A DNA stretch of 64,000 nt, from positions 61,380,001 through 61,444,000 of the forward strand of contig NC_042997.1 in NCBI RefSeq assembly GCF_006345805.1, read 5' to 3'. Both the position numbers and the translations under genes were made by a program. Source of the DNA: Octopus sinensis. Lineage: Eukaryota. The notes beneath the pieces are model-generated. The model had not been told where the DNA came from, searched no databases, and was given only the letters and a program-made list of their open reading frames with translations. Positions 28,011-40,590 of this stretch are shown in pieces. How positions within the stretch are numbered: position 1 is the stretch's first letter; every line of letters starts with the position of its first letter.

Positions 28011-31000
28011 TTTATATGTAGTGATCCAGTTCATTCTCACCAGGGAGTGTCATACTCTTGCACAACAGTAGCTTTATATTTATTACAAGACTGAGGAGCC
28101 TGCTAGAAACAGCAGCCAATTCTCTTTGAATTAAACTTTGCCATTATTAAAAAGGGAAACATTAGATCAGTTAGTCTGGAAAACAGACAGGATGATCATA
28201 GCTGGAATGTCTTTGAGCATAGGTTTGTTTATTTGGGAGTGACCTGACCAAAATAACAACAACCATCTGTAACTGAAAAATTAAAGAGATGTAAGTTGTT
28301 GTACTTGGAGATAAAGTAAACATACATGCTTCAGACAATGTCTTTTGTCCAATTCTTTCCAATTAATAATTCATAAATCCAATGACTAATTCATAAATTC
28401 TAATGGCTATATTTTACATACAACCATTGAAATAATTTGAACCAACAAGGAAGGCACCATGCATTAGCTTGATCTGTTAGAGAAATAGCAGCCGAATTCT
28501 TATATTGTGTATCTTCTGATGTGAGGTGTCCCCAGATGTTGAGTACCTTCTATTGTTGGCTATCTTCTGAAGTTGGATATATTTTTTGATGTGCAGTGTC
28601 TTTTATTGTTGGATAACTTCTGATGTTGAGTAACTTCTGATGCTAAGTATCTTCTAATATTGGATATCTTTTGTAGTTTGGTAATATTCTGAAGATGTTT
28701 ATCTGAATAGATTTCATTCATTAATCTCTTTTTTATTGTAAACGCCAAATGCGTCATAAACGCCAAATGCCTGATATGAGAAGAACCCCTTCACATCACC
28801 ACCATCACCACTGCCACCACCACCACTGCCACCACCACCACCACCACCACCACTATCATCATCATCACCACTAACTGACATAATTTTGAGCAAGTGTCTA
28901 ATAGAGTTCAGTGCACTGTTTTTGTTGTTCTTTTAGTTTTTTCTTCATTTTTTTTTCTTCTTTATTTTTCCTCCCACTCTTGCTTTAGTTATATATAACT
29001 AGTGTCTCACAATCTTTTTCAAGCATAAGACTGTGGCTGAAAATCCTTGGAGCCTCTTGTGATTTAATGATGGATGAGTGTGTTAATTTCAATGACTACA
29101 TTATTTTATTGAGAAGCAGTGAATTGAGTATTAACAGATTTAAAAGATATAATGATGGAACAATGCTTCACAAATCCTATAATTAACACGCAATGTAGTG
29201 TGTTTATCAACACGCCTGATGCAAGTCTCCAAAAGATGAAGTGGTGGAAAGGAAATAGTTTTCAGAACAGTCCGAGTATTTTTGTGAATAGCTTTAATTT
29301 TAAAGTGAGCTAATTAGGATTTCACTCAAGTTTTGCTGCAGTTTCATTTTTTTTTTTTCATCAAATATGTTAAGATGGTAATGGATTAGAATTTTCTGAC
29401 AATTATTCATCATTAACATCATCGTTTAGTGCCAATTCTTCCATGCTTGCATGGGTCAGACAGTGTTTTGTTGAGGCAGACATTCTACAGCCAGATGCTC
29501 TTTCTGTCACCAACCCTTGCCTGTTTCCGAGTAAGCTATTTTCCTGTGCCAGATATGTTCTCATAAGAGATTGAGAATGAAGAGCACTGCCTGCATCACT
29601 GAAACATTCATTTACAACTATCATGTGATGTCGAGGCAAAGAAACAAAAAGCACGTACGCACGCGTGCACACACATACACACACACACACATACACAAAC
29701 ACACACACACACACCTGCATAATCATTCATTCACTCATTCATTCATTCCTTGGCCTTCTTTCATTTTCTGTCTATCAAATCCACTCACAAGGCTTTGATC
29801 AGACCAGGGATATTGTAGAAGGCAGCTGCCCAAAGTGCCACTCAGTGGGATTGAATCTGGAATCATTTCATTGGGAAGCAAACTGCTTACCACAAATTGT
29901 GACTGTGTTACCTCTATGTTGACTGAGTGTTAGTCTCTGATGGAAGAGGTAATGGTTCAAATCCTGTACATAAATACAGTATTTATGTCCATGGCCTGAC
30001 ACATAAGCTCTTGCTGGCTCATCTCATACTTCTGTAAAAAGGCACCATAAGTAGATACCATTCACTTCTACAAGCAATTAGGTCAATGTAGACTTAACCA
30101 GTTATTAAATTAATTATTTTGGAGTGCTGAGTTCACATTCTGCAATAGCTTTAAACTGTGATGAAAGTGCTTATACTACAACTTATTTTCAACCAAAACT
30201 AATACCCAATTTGCCCCACCATACTACTTCATTCTTAGACAAATGTGTGTCACATAAGTAGACTAATACCATGTTGCTCTTTAGAAACCTTTTTTTTAAA
30301 TCGATTAAAACAATTGTCTTGTATTTATGAGTTTGTAAGCAGACACTGTAAAAATATAAGCTCTTTAAAGTACTCTTAATTCTTCAAATAGCTTGAAGAT
30401 TACTATTGATTATGCAACATTTTTTAGATAGACAGAAATTCACCTTCTCATATATTTTTCAAGTGTGTGTGTGTGTGTGTGTGTGCGTATCCAGTGATAT
30501 CTTAAGGTAGCTTAGAGACATTTCGCATCTTCTTCTAGCATGCAGGTGGGCGTGTATACATACTAGCTTGCCCTGAATATATATTTATAAATTCATATAT
30601 ATATATATATATATATTACATCAGATTAAATGAATATTTAAAAAAGAGTAATTGAAACCAACTAAATACATCAAAATGTCTTTATTTCCTTCTATTTTCT
30701 TACAAATTCTTAATAAGAAACAACTTCCTTGCTACTAACAGTTATATTTTGTTTTACTAATACAACTTCCTTAATGTGTGTGTGTTTGTAAATATATGTA
30801 CATATATGTATATATATATATATAATCACAGCTTAAGTGTTGCCTGTTATTGATTTATCTCTAACAATTTCTTTGCATCAGATATGTTTCAAACTATTGC
30901 ATTGATTTCTGGTAGAATTTACTGGAAATTCAATTCATAATGTGTTATCAATTTACATACAATTACATACATTCATACACATGCACACACACACACTCAT

Positions 31001-31469
31001 ACTCATGTGCATGCATGCACATATGCACACACACACACTCATACTCATGTGCATGCATGCACATATGCACACATAGATGCAAACCTACCTTGCAATACCT
31101 GGGTATTGAAGTAATGTAGAAATTTCAGTATACCGTAAACACTATGTTTCTGTGTATTGTCCTAGCAGTCAGAATTGAAATTCTGCTTAGTTACTTGTTC
31201 ATTTCAAAGCTTTAAGTTAAACAATATTCTTGGTTTTACTTTGTGCCCTATGATGAAAAGACAACCTGGGTTCCTAATTCTTGAAGTATCAATATAAAAC
31301 TGATTATGCAATAGACAAGACCCACCAGATTCTAACAACTTTTAGTGTTTACTTTTGAGATTTGTTGATGGTCATGGCAAAGCTTATTTTGTCAAGAAAT
31401 TGAAATTTTGAAATTGAAATGGGAAATCAGTTGGCTTTATTATGGGAATAAAACAGCTATCACTAACAA

Positions 31470-32022
31470 TGAAGATTTGCATATTTATTTTTAATATATT
31501 CCAGCTGATCGAAATGCATACGTGCTAGTAGCTGTTGTGTATGTCACAGGAGAACAACTTCTCCCTTTTTACATTGATAGTGTATTCATAACACATTCAA
31601 TCCATTTGTTCTTGGGATTCTGGGACACTGTGTTTCGACATGTTGTGTCTTGTCAGCCAGATGTACTTGGTCCTTTGAACTTAAACAAGCCACAGACTTT
31701 GCTTATAATTTCAGTGAACCAACTGTTTTCTGATCAGTGCTTATATCTGCCAACCAGTAAAAATTGTTATTTGCTCTACATACAGTGAGATCTAAAATGA
31801 TGCTTTGCATATTTATTCTTAATACCTTCTGGCAGATTTAATCATATGCTAGTCACTGTTGTGTATGTCGCAGGAAAACAGTTTCTCCCTTTTATGACAA
31901 TAGTATGTTCATAATACTCTGGGCTCATTGGTACAAGGGATTCTGTGACACTAGTGTTTAAGCTCAAAGGTCTGAATACTTCTGGCTGACGAAACACAAT
32001 ATGTTGAAACAGCAACTAGCAT
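31470..32022 (-). repeat. Diverged ~323-bp tandem dimer carrying a second hammerhead family
   Basis: Direct repeat (tttgcatatttatt...tgctagt...gttgtgtatgtc.cagga.aaca...gggattctg.gacac) at ~31476 and ~31804; HHR stem I 3' strands at 31620 and 31943. Confidence 0.75.
31620..31660 (-). ncRNA. Type I hammerhead ribozyme, family B, with one core substitution (G8>A)
   Basis: Minus strand CUGG-CUGACAA-GAC(ACAACAU)GUC-GAA-ACAC(A)GUGU-C/CCAG, with a GUC triplet. The sister copy retains CTGACGA (31986-31992), so the consensus core is intact. Confidence 0.7.
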
Positions 32023-33363
32023 ATTTGTGTTTATGTGCTGTGTTAAAATTCTGCTGGAGTCATCTTTGCCTTTCCTCACCTCCAGGGTTGATAAAATAAA
32101 GTACCAGTCAAATGGTGGGTGAGGGGCGTTTCCATATAATTGACTTACCTCCCCTACTCTACTAGAATTGCTGGCCTTGTGCATAAATTCAATATAATCG
32201 TCATCATTTTTATGTGTGTGTCCATGTATGTGCATGGGAATATGTTTATTATCTTCCTCATTGGTATTTTAATGCTAATTTGGAGCAGATTTTTCAATGG
32301 CAGAGGAAGTATACCTACCTACCTACGAACCAACCAACCTAAACACACACACACACAAATGCACAAATGTGCACACACACACATGAATAAACTGCATGAG
32401 TTGTTTAGTTCTTTTGCTCAGCGTTTGTACCACCATTAAATATTTTGAATTTGCAGATTTTTTTTCTGTTGTAGATTTATTGATAATTTGCAGCACATGA
32501 ATAATGAATTTATATTCTAAAGTAGTTATTAAAAAAGAATTTCTATGTAAGCTTTTCTAGTGTACGTATAAGTCTTTATATATTTTATATTTATATATAA
32601 TATAATGTTTTTTTATTTTATCACCTAAACCAAGGCTATACAGAAAATTTCCACATGATATATATATTTTTAGTCTTCAGTAGTCATTCTTAAGAACATA
32701 ATTTTACATATTGTAGAGACAAAAGTTTCTGGTATTTCTCTGCAAAAGAAGCTGGGAGTAGTTTTGAAAGATATTAAAAAGACAGAAATAAGTTACTGAA
32801 ATATCTGAATTTCAATAAAGGGAGGAAAGCTTTGTGTGTGTGTGTGTGTGTGTGTGTGTATGCGCGCGTGTGTATGAATACATGCATACATATATATTGT
32901 CACTATCATTTACCTTCCATGCTTGCGTGGGTCAGACTGCAATTATTTAAGGCAAATTTTCTACATTTTGTCTCCTGTTTCCAAGCAAGGTAATATTTCT
33001 TCATAGTCAGATATGTTCATGCAGAATATTGGAAATGAATATCACTGCTTGTATGGTAGTGACAATCATTTTACAACTGTGACCAGTGACTTCAGCAATG
33101 TAACTACACACATGCTGTTGGTTATTTTTTTTCTTCCCTTCTTTGCTCTTTTACCTTTTTCTTTTTCAACAAATAGCTATGCTGGAGATGTCAAAAACTC
33201 TCTTTTAATTAAGTGTCAAACTAATATACTTTTTGTGCACATCCTCTTGTTGTTTGTTATTGTTAACTATATTGTTTGTTTATTTGCTTTGAGTATGTGT
33301 GTATAAATATATATATATATATATATATATTTAATCAAAATAAGCAACAGGATATCAGGAGGT

Positions 33364-33849
33364 TGTAGCATTAGCAGGGCAGGCGAATTACTTCACCCCA
33401 GCATAGTAGCACACTGGTTCTGCGTTCCACTGCTCTTTAAAAGCTAATGGCAGAGGAAGACATATGACAACTTCTGCCCAGAGTAATAGCGTGTGCTTTT
33501 CTAAGGCATTTTATCTAGTCGCTGTCTAAATGGTGGAACATTAACATCTTATTCCCTTTCGTTGCTGCTTTGCTTTATCCCATTCAGATGTTGACACTAA
33601 ACTATCGATGAGCTTGTGGCTTGTCTAGCTCGACACACTGTGGGATTTCTACCTTGCCTCACTACCACTTCAAAACTTATTGGATATTTTAGATTTGCTG
33701 CCAAGTACTGGAACTAACTACTTTGATGTGTATTAAGGAATTAACTCATGCCTCCAACACCCTATTGTCTTGTACGCTTATCTCTGTTGTGCCTGATGCT
33801 TCGTGTATGAGCAAGGAATAAATTATGTTTGTTAACCAAAAGCATTACT
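33364..33849 (+). mobile_element. Possible solo LTR
   Basis: Starts TGTAGC, has AATAAA at ~33818, ends gcattac(t), and is CpG-richer than its flanks. No TSD and no second copy seen. Confidence 0.3.
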
Positions 33850-34929
33850 TTCTGATTTTTTTTGTTATCTTTATGTAAAACATGCATTTATACATTTCAA
33901 ACCTTATGTGCACACATCTAAATATACTTCCTAAACTGGTAAAGCCCAACTCTTAATTTACCTTTTGTTACAAGGTGATGCAGTATGACCATTTCAGGCG
34001 GCTCCATTTAACTGAACAATGCAATCATTACATCAATTTAAATGCAGGGCTATCCTCAGCTGCATAAATGAATAGAATTTTTTAATCAGTTGCACATATT
34101 AATTATAATTTTACTCAAATTCTCTAATAGAGCAAGAAGAAGGAGAAACAATATTGTTATGTTGTATGAAGATAAAATTTAAGATTACTAAAAATGACAT
34201 TATAACCAGAATAGATAAATAGATAGGGAAGATTACATAGAATTAGTTTAATATTCATACCAGTACTTAATTATTTACTTATAAGGTGGTTTCTATAAAG
34301 ATTGCTCTGGGTATTTACTTATGCTATACTAGGGGGATAAATCATGCTATCTTTATATTAGTTATAAGCTAAGAATAAAAATAAAAATCGGAAAAATAAG
34401 TTGTGCAAAGATACATACACATATTTAACTATGTGCACACACGCAAATATACACAAATATTTGTACTTTGTTATGAGTATGTTATAATCAACTCTTCAAG
34501 ACTTACATAACTAGGAAGTTTATATTTCTCTTTAAGAACATTAATAATTTATAAGAGATAAGAGGTTAATAGGTAAAGATATCAAAATAAGAAAACACAA
34601 TAATCAGAAATTATAGAGAATAGTAAGAATATATATATAACTTATTATATATAATACTAGCGGTAAATTCACATCATATACAACAAGAATTTTAGTTTAG
34701 ATAATAAGGTGATTGAAGGGAATGGACAGGTGGCTTTACCCTATAAGGATAAGAAAAATACTGGTAATAGAGACATACCTAATAATCAAGCCATGATTTT
34801 GAAAGACGTTGAGAGAACAGGTAGATTCCACCCTTTGCGCTGTAAGTCTGAAAATAAGGACTTGATCTGGTATAACGTTCCCTTCAACTGACCATATCCA
34901 TAAACATATATAGGAAATTTATGACAATT

Positions 34930-36011
34930 TTAGAAAAAACTTTCCTGCTTTCCATAGATACATCAGATTTAGGGGAGGGGTAGGTTAATTACACTGACCC
35001 TCCCCCACCTCCTACCCACCAAGTGTTCAGCTGCTACCTATTTTATCAACCCATAAGGATAAAAGCATAATCAACCACAGCAGCATTTGAACTCAAATTG
35101 TAAAACCAGAAGTGCTTAGTATATAAGCATTTTGTATGGCATGCTAACAATTCTACCAGCTTTCCACCTTAATGAAAAATCATATTAAAAGTAAAAAGAC
35201 AATTAAATATCATCATTCTCACCATTACCATAATTATCATCACAATCACAGTCATCATCACTGTTTTATCATAATAACAATAATCCTTTCTACTATGGGC
35301 ACAAGGCCTGAAATTTTGAGTGAGGGGCATAGTTGATTACATTAAGCCCAGTGCTCGTTTATTGACACCAAAAAATGAAAGGCAGTGTTGACCTTGGCAG
35401 CATTTGAACTCAGAACGTAAAGATGGGTGAAATATCATTAAGCATTTTTTCCTGGCATGATAATGATTCTGCCAGCTTACCATCGTAGTAGTATAACAAC
35501 AACAACAACAACAATCCTTTCTGCTATAGGTACATGGCCTGGAATTTGTGGAGAGAGGGATAGTTGATCACATTGACTTCCAGTACTCAACTGGCACTGA
35601 ATTTATTGACCCTAAAATGATTAAAGGCAAAGTTGACCTCAGTCAAATTTGAACTCAGAATGTAGCAGCAGACAAAATACCGCTAAGCATTTTGCTCGGC
35701 ATGCTATTTCTGCCAGCTCACAATTTAGTAAAATAATAGTAATAATAATGATGATGATGATACTTCATTTAATAATCTTTTCTACTCATTTAATAATCTT
35801 TTCTACTCTAGACACAAAGCCCAAAATTTTTGGGGTGGGGACCAGTCGATTAGATCAACCCCACTATGCAACTGATACTTAATTTATTGACCCTGAAATG
35901 ATGAAAGGCAACATTGACCTCAGCGGAATTTCAACACAGAAGGTAAAGACAGACGAAATACCACTTAGCATTTCGCCTGGCATGCTAATGTTTCTGCCAG
36001 CTCACCACCTT
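34930..36011 (-). mobile_element. Stack of four co-oriented copies of a second tRNA-derived SINE
   Basis: Repeated ttattgacc....aaa.atgaaaggcaaagttgacctc.g..gaatttgaactcagaa...gcattt...ctggcatgcta...ttct.ccagct. The last copy has a 17-bp TSD atacttcatttaataat (35760-35776 / 36013-36029). Other copies at ~8580-8800, 15480-15900 and 47500-47660. Confidence 0.75.
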
Positions 36012-36476
36012 TATACTTCATTTAATAATGATAATAATAATGTTGTATTATGAACTGAAATCAGATATTATTGGTGCAGGTGATAACAAGCTGCAGTAAA
36101 GTGTATGTAAGTATCTTGCTTGTTTTCCTTTCTCTCCTGAAGCAATGAAAATACAAGTGATTCATTCCCAGAAGGTCTATTTCCTATTTCTGATGGCCAG
36201 GTGAACCAAGATGTTTTGTATTACAGATCTTGGTGAAAGCACACAATATGCCTGCAACATACTTGGTATTCAGAACATTGTTGTCCAATATTTAACCCCA
36301 CTTAACTAATTTGCTTCTATAGAATTTGTTTTGCTTTGACTCTGCCATAATATGTCACAAGGGCAACATGTGGAATATGTTAACATGACTGATTACCAAA
36401 TTAGTTGGAGGTTTCTAATAAGTGAAGAGGAAATGAAAAACATGCCCAGTTGTACTAATGAATTAAAGAAAAAGTG

Positions 36477-36693
36477 TGAGGGAGTACTGAAAAGTTCCTG
36501 CCTTTAAGGGTATTACAAAAGGCCTGGTTTGAGTCCTAACCTTCGAAATTCTTTTACAGGATTTAGAAAAACTGAAGGACCACTGCAATAAGTATGTGAA
36601 TCTGAGAACGGGATATGTTCAATAAAATCATAATTAACTGATCCTCCTTTAATTTCTTTTACCCAAAGCCAGGAACTTTTCAGCACTTCCTTG
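36477..36693. mobile_element. Mariner-derived MITE
   Basis: TIRs tgagggagtactgaaaagttcctgcctt and reverse-complement caaggaagtgctgaaaagttcctggctt; TA at right end. Confidence 0.75.
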
Positions 36694-36719
36694 TACACAA
36701 TATCATGACTGACTAAAAT

Positions 36720-37548
36720 AATTTATTTTGGCTTATCCAACCCTAGTTTCCACATTGACCACCAGATAAGGGATTTGGGGACCCTGTCAAAGGCTTTCTC
36801 CTTGTCAACAAAATTCAAGCATATAGGTTTATCTTTGGCTAGGTATTTCTCCTGCAGTTGCCTTACCAGAAGTATAGCATCAGTGGTGCTTATCCCTGGT
36901 ACAAACCCAAACTGTATCTTACCTAAACTAACTATCTCCCTAATTAGTTGAGCTATGACCCTCTTCATGACTTTCATCACCAGTCCTGGAAGGACTGGAA
37001 TTGTGATGGTAGCAAGGAACTGTATCAGATAGCCAGAAGGGAAGCTAGGAGACAGGTTTACTTATCCAGAGGGGAAGCAGAAAAGGAGAGATTTGCCAAT
37101 GTTCTGCATCGTGAGGACAAGAAATTTGAAATGTTTTGAATTGCAAGACTGTGTGTGAGAAAATTGTGATGTTATAGGAGAGAAGTGTGCCTGCATGGAT
37201 GATGGCTCACTTGCATTTAATGAGGCAGCAAGGAGAGAGACTTGAAGATGCCACTATGAAAGGTTGCTAAATGAAGAGAATGAATGGGAGAAAGAGAGTC
37301 TGCCAAATGTTGACCTGACTGAGGGACCAGATATCTGAATCGACAGTACCTTGGTAAATAAAGCATGAAGATAGGGAAAGCCCCAGCCCATCAGGAATCA
37401 TTGCTGAAATGCTTAAAATATCTGGCGGTGTAGGCTATGGTCTAGTCACCCGTATAGTTAACCAGGTGATACAAGAAGGAGTCATACACAATGACTAGTG
37501 TAACAGCACCATAGTTAACTGCTACAAAGGTAAAGGTGATGCCTTAGA
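36720..37548. mobile_element. RTE-clade LINE ORF2 fragment with internal inversion
   Basis: Minus 36980-36723: MKVMKRVIAQLIRE..QFGFVPG.STTDAI..VDKEKAFDRVP. Plus ~36985-37548: linker through KIGKAP..GIIAEMLK..STIVNCYKGKGDALD, which normally immediately precedes the minus piece. Confidence 0.85.
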
Positions 37549-37678
37549 TTATATATATATTGATAAAAATGGTAAGACAACAAAAGAATGAAAGAGACCT
37601 CGATATTATGTAAATAAAAGAATTTATCTCAGAGTTTTATCATGACTACCGAATAATTGTCACATATTACTTTTACAG

Positions 37679-37792
<114 letters not shown>

Positions 37793-38576
37793 GTGGAATT
37801 AGAAAATTTTAAAATATAAATATAAAAATATATATCTCAACAGAGAACCCTCACCTGGGAGAAAACTGAGCACTCTAAATTACCTTCAACACTAATACTC
37901 ATCATATCAAGTTCACTATTCATATCTTCCATAATAGAATAAGTTAATAAAATAAGATCTACTCATGTCTTGTGCTTAATCAGTTACATCTTCACCTAAA
38001 ATTTGTGACCTTTTAACTCTGTTAGTAGTTGCTACTGCTATGTAGTTGTCGCCATCATTGTTGCTGCTGCCAAAGCCTGATTCTTTGAAGTCACTTCTGC
38101 TACATTCCTCTTAATAACATCTATTAATTCCCTTCAGACCTTTCAGTAATGTGGTTAGTCTTCAGAGTAAAGCAGAGTTTTGGCTTTTATTCTTCCAGAA
38201 AATGAAGGAAACAATAAGAATGGAGGGTGCCATCTTCTATGTTAATAAATTAACTATAAAAATAAGTAATCACATTTTGTGTCAATTTCTCTGATCATAT
38301 TTTTAATATCTCCTTTTTTTTTCCTTTGGTATATAGCATACACTACATTAGCTTTAAAACTCATTTATTTCAGAAAAATGCATTCTCTTCAATATCTCAC
38401 ATTTTCTACTACATCTTCCATATTATATCCTTGGAATACAGGACTTTGAGGATTAACATATCTACAATATTATGATGTAAATAGCAACACTCCCTGGGTA
38501 TCAGTAAATAAGTATTGGTTGGAATACCTCAGTTCAGAAGTGTATGTGATGGACGATCTGTGCTGGATGGGTTTAA

Positions 38577-38797
38577 CCCTTTCGTTACCAACCCAGCCAA
38601 AACCGGCTCTGGCTCTGAGTTCAAATATCTTATTTTCATAAGTTTTGAATTAAAATCTTCCATCAAACCTTACTCACAATTTATGTTTGTAACACTAGCT
38701 TAATGATAACTAAGTTATTTTACTAAATTCTTTGTTATATTTAAAATTAATTGAAAGAAACACAGAGCATCTCAAAATAAATACAGTAACGAAAGGG
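38577..38797. mobile_element. piggyBac-family MITE
   Basis: Perfect 12-bp TIR CCCTTTCGTTAC / GTAACGAAAGGG with TTAA at 38573-76 and 38798-801. Confidence 0.9.
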
Positions 38798-39011
38798 TTA
38801 ACAAGGAACAGTCTGTGAGTTTGATAAATTTGTATATTATGGAAGGCAAAGTTACTGGCATTTTAAGTGAGAAAGAAAAATTTTTATAGGCATAAAATAG
38901 CACTGAGAATATATATATATATATATAAAAATCAAAATGGATATTAATTTGATAACATCAATTTTAACACCAGTGGTCTAGCATATAAAGAAACTGAGAT
39001 TCAGTAAATAG

Positions 39012-39288
39012 TATTACATACATAAATATAAGAGGGAATTTTTTACCACTATGTGGAAACCCTTATGCTAGAAGAAGATCCACTATGGTCTTAACCACTA
39101 AGAATTGTTCTCTAGAAAATTTAGCAAACACCAGAAACGTAAGCTTGAAACATAAGCTTACGTTTGTGGTGTTTGCTAAATTTTCTAGAGAGCAATTCTT
39201 AGTGGCTAAGACCATAGTGGATCTTCTTCTAGCATAAGGGTTTCTACATAGTGGTAAAAAATTCCCTCTTATATTTATGTTTGTTATA
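39012..39288. repeat. Near-perfect long inverted repeat (~135-bp arms, 7-nt loop at 39147-39153)
   Basis: cataaatataagagggaatt...cgtaagctt | gaaacat | aagcttacg...aattccctcttatatttatg, with few mismatches. Confidence 0.95.
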
Positions 39289-39299
39289 TATATATATAT

Positions 39300-39575
39300 A
39301 TATGAAACTGAGAATGTTTGTGTATGTGTGCATCACTAAAGCTCGAGAACTACCTAACCAATCTCTCAAATTTTACACATGTGTTATTTAGGGTCCATGC
39401 AGTGTCATGGGCCAAACAAATTTTTAACTTCTTGCCTAATGCGAGCCCAGTGCAATCTCTTATCTCTTACACTATTTCAGTATTACGTGTCAAAAGTGAA
39501 AAATTAACATCTCTATTGTAATGTGAGATAATACTTTCAGTTTTAATAGATTAACTATTAATACTTTCACTATGT
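39300..39575 (+). mobile_element. Helitron-like non-autonomous element, 5' part
   Basis: (TA)n-gaaactgagaatgtttgtgt...cactaaagctcgagaactacctaaccaatct..aaattttacac; resembles Helitron/HINE 5' regions (recalled family pattern only). Confidence 0.4.
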
Positions 39576-39580
39576 ATATG

Positions 39581-39835
39581 ATATATACGAAATGAAACTA
39601 TTTACATTATTTACATTATTTACATTTGACTGATATTTGTTCTCATCTTGTTTCTTGTTAACACGTTTTGGCTGATATACCCTCCAACCTTCATCAGGTG
39701 TCTTGGGGAAATTTCGAACCTGAGTTCTCATTCCTAAGGTATTTTTCAATGTTATTATTATGATTATTATTACAAGATGAGGAGAAATATCCGTCAAATG
39801 TAAATAATATAAATAATGTACATAATTCCTTATCT
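39581..39835. mobile_element. Penelope-like terminal (pLTR) fragments in inverted arrangement with a decayed minimal hammerhead
   Basis: Minus 39702-39659: GACAC CTGATGA A GGTTG-gagggtatat-CAGCC AAAA CGT GTT (G12>A, 3-nt loss). A plus-strand fragment acaagatgaggagaaatatccgtcaaatgtaaataat from ~39772 mirrors 39601-39655. Confidence 0.55.
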
Positions 39836-40590
39836 CACATATATACATGCATACATACTGTAGTACTAGACCATCCAAAGGAGAAGCCTGTTGCGTGTGA
39901 GTGTGTGTGTAAATATATGTATGTGTTTCCATGAGTTTGTGTTTCTGTTGCCTATTCATGTGTGTTTTGCTTGTTGATTGTTAGCAAAAGGCTTATTTAT
40001 TCAATGTTATTTGTTTCCAGTTCCCCTTATAAACCTGTAAGGGCTGAGTTCTATAGGCTGGTAGATTATTTCTTTACTTGGAAACAAATGAAGGTTGGCA
40101 GCAGGAGGGGTATTCAGCTGAAGAAAATTCTGTTCCAGAATATTCTCCTCTAGACCATGCAAGCATTGAGAAAAGAAAATGTTAAAGCAAATGTTGATAT
40201 TGATGATTATTTTGGTTGTGGAAGATGAGCAAATCAGGAAAGGGGTAACTGTATAAGAAATGTGTCTTTTAATAGAAGATCAATGAGGAGGAGACAAAAG
40301 AATTACTTAAAGCAGAATCAGTTTAGTCCCTAGGGAATGACAGTGCCAAGTAGAAGGATGAGTACATTCTACTTATGCTTCTGAAAACTAGATTGATTTG
40401 ACATTTATTACCCTTCACAGTTAATGAATTGTGCAAAGTATTTTACCTACCAACACAGCAACAGTAAAAAGCAATCTATCTTATTGTTTCTACATCAGTC
40501 AGAATTATATGATTCATATGTGAATGTCTAGCAGAGTGATAACACTATAAATTTTGTCGGAGAATATATTCTATTACATTGGCCCCAATA

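Noticed and set aside
39065-39146. Split hammerhead-like pieces (ctagaaga-a-gatc-cactat-ggtc ... gaaacgt) in the palindrome arm
   Set aside because: The core is non-canonical and 43 nt separate stem II from GAAA; a valid fold cannot be supported.
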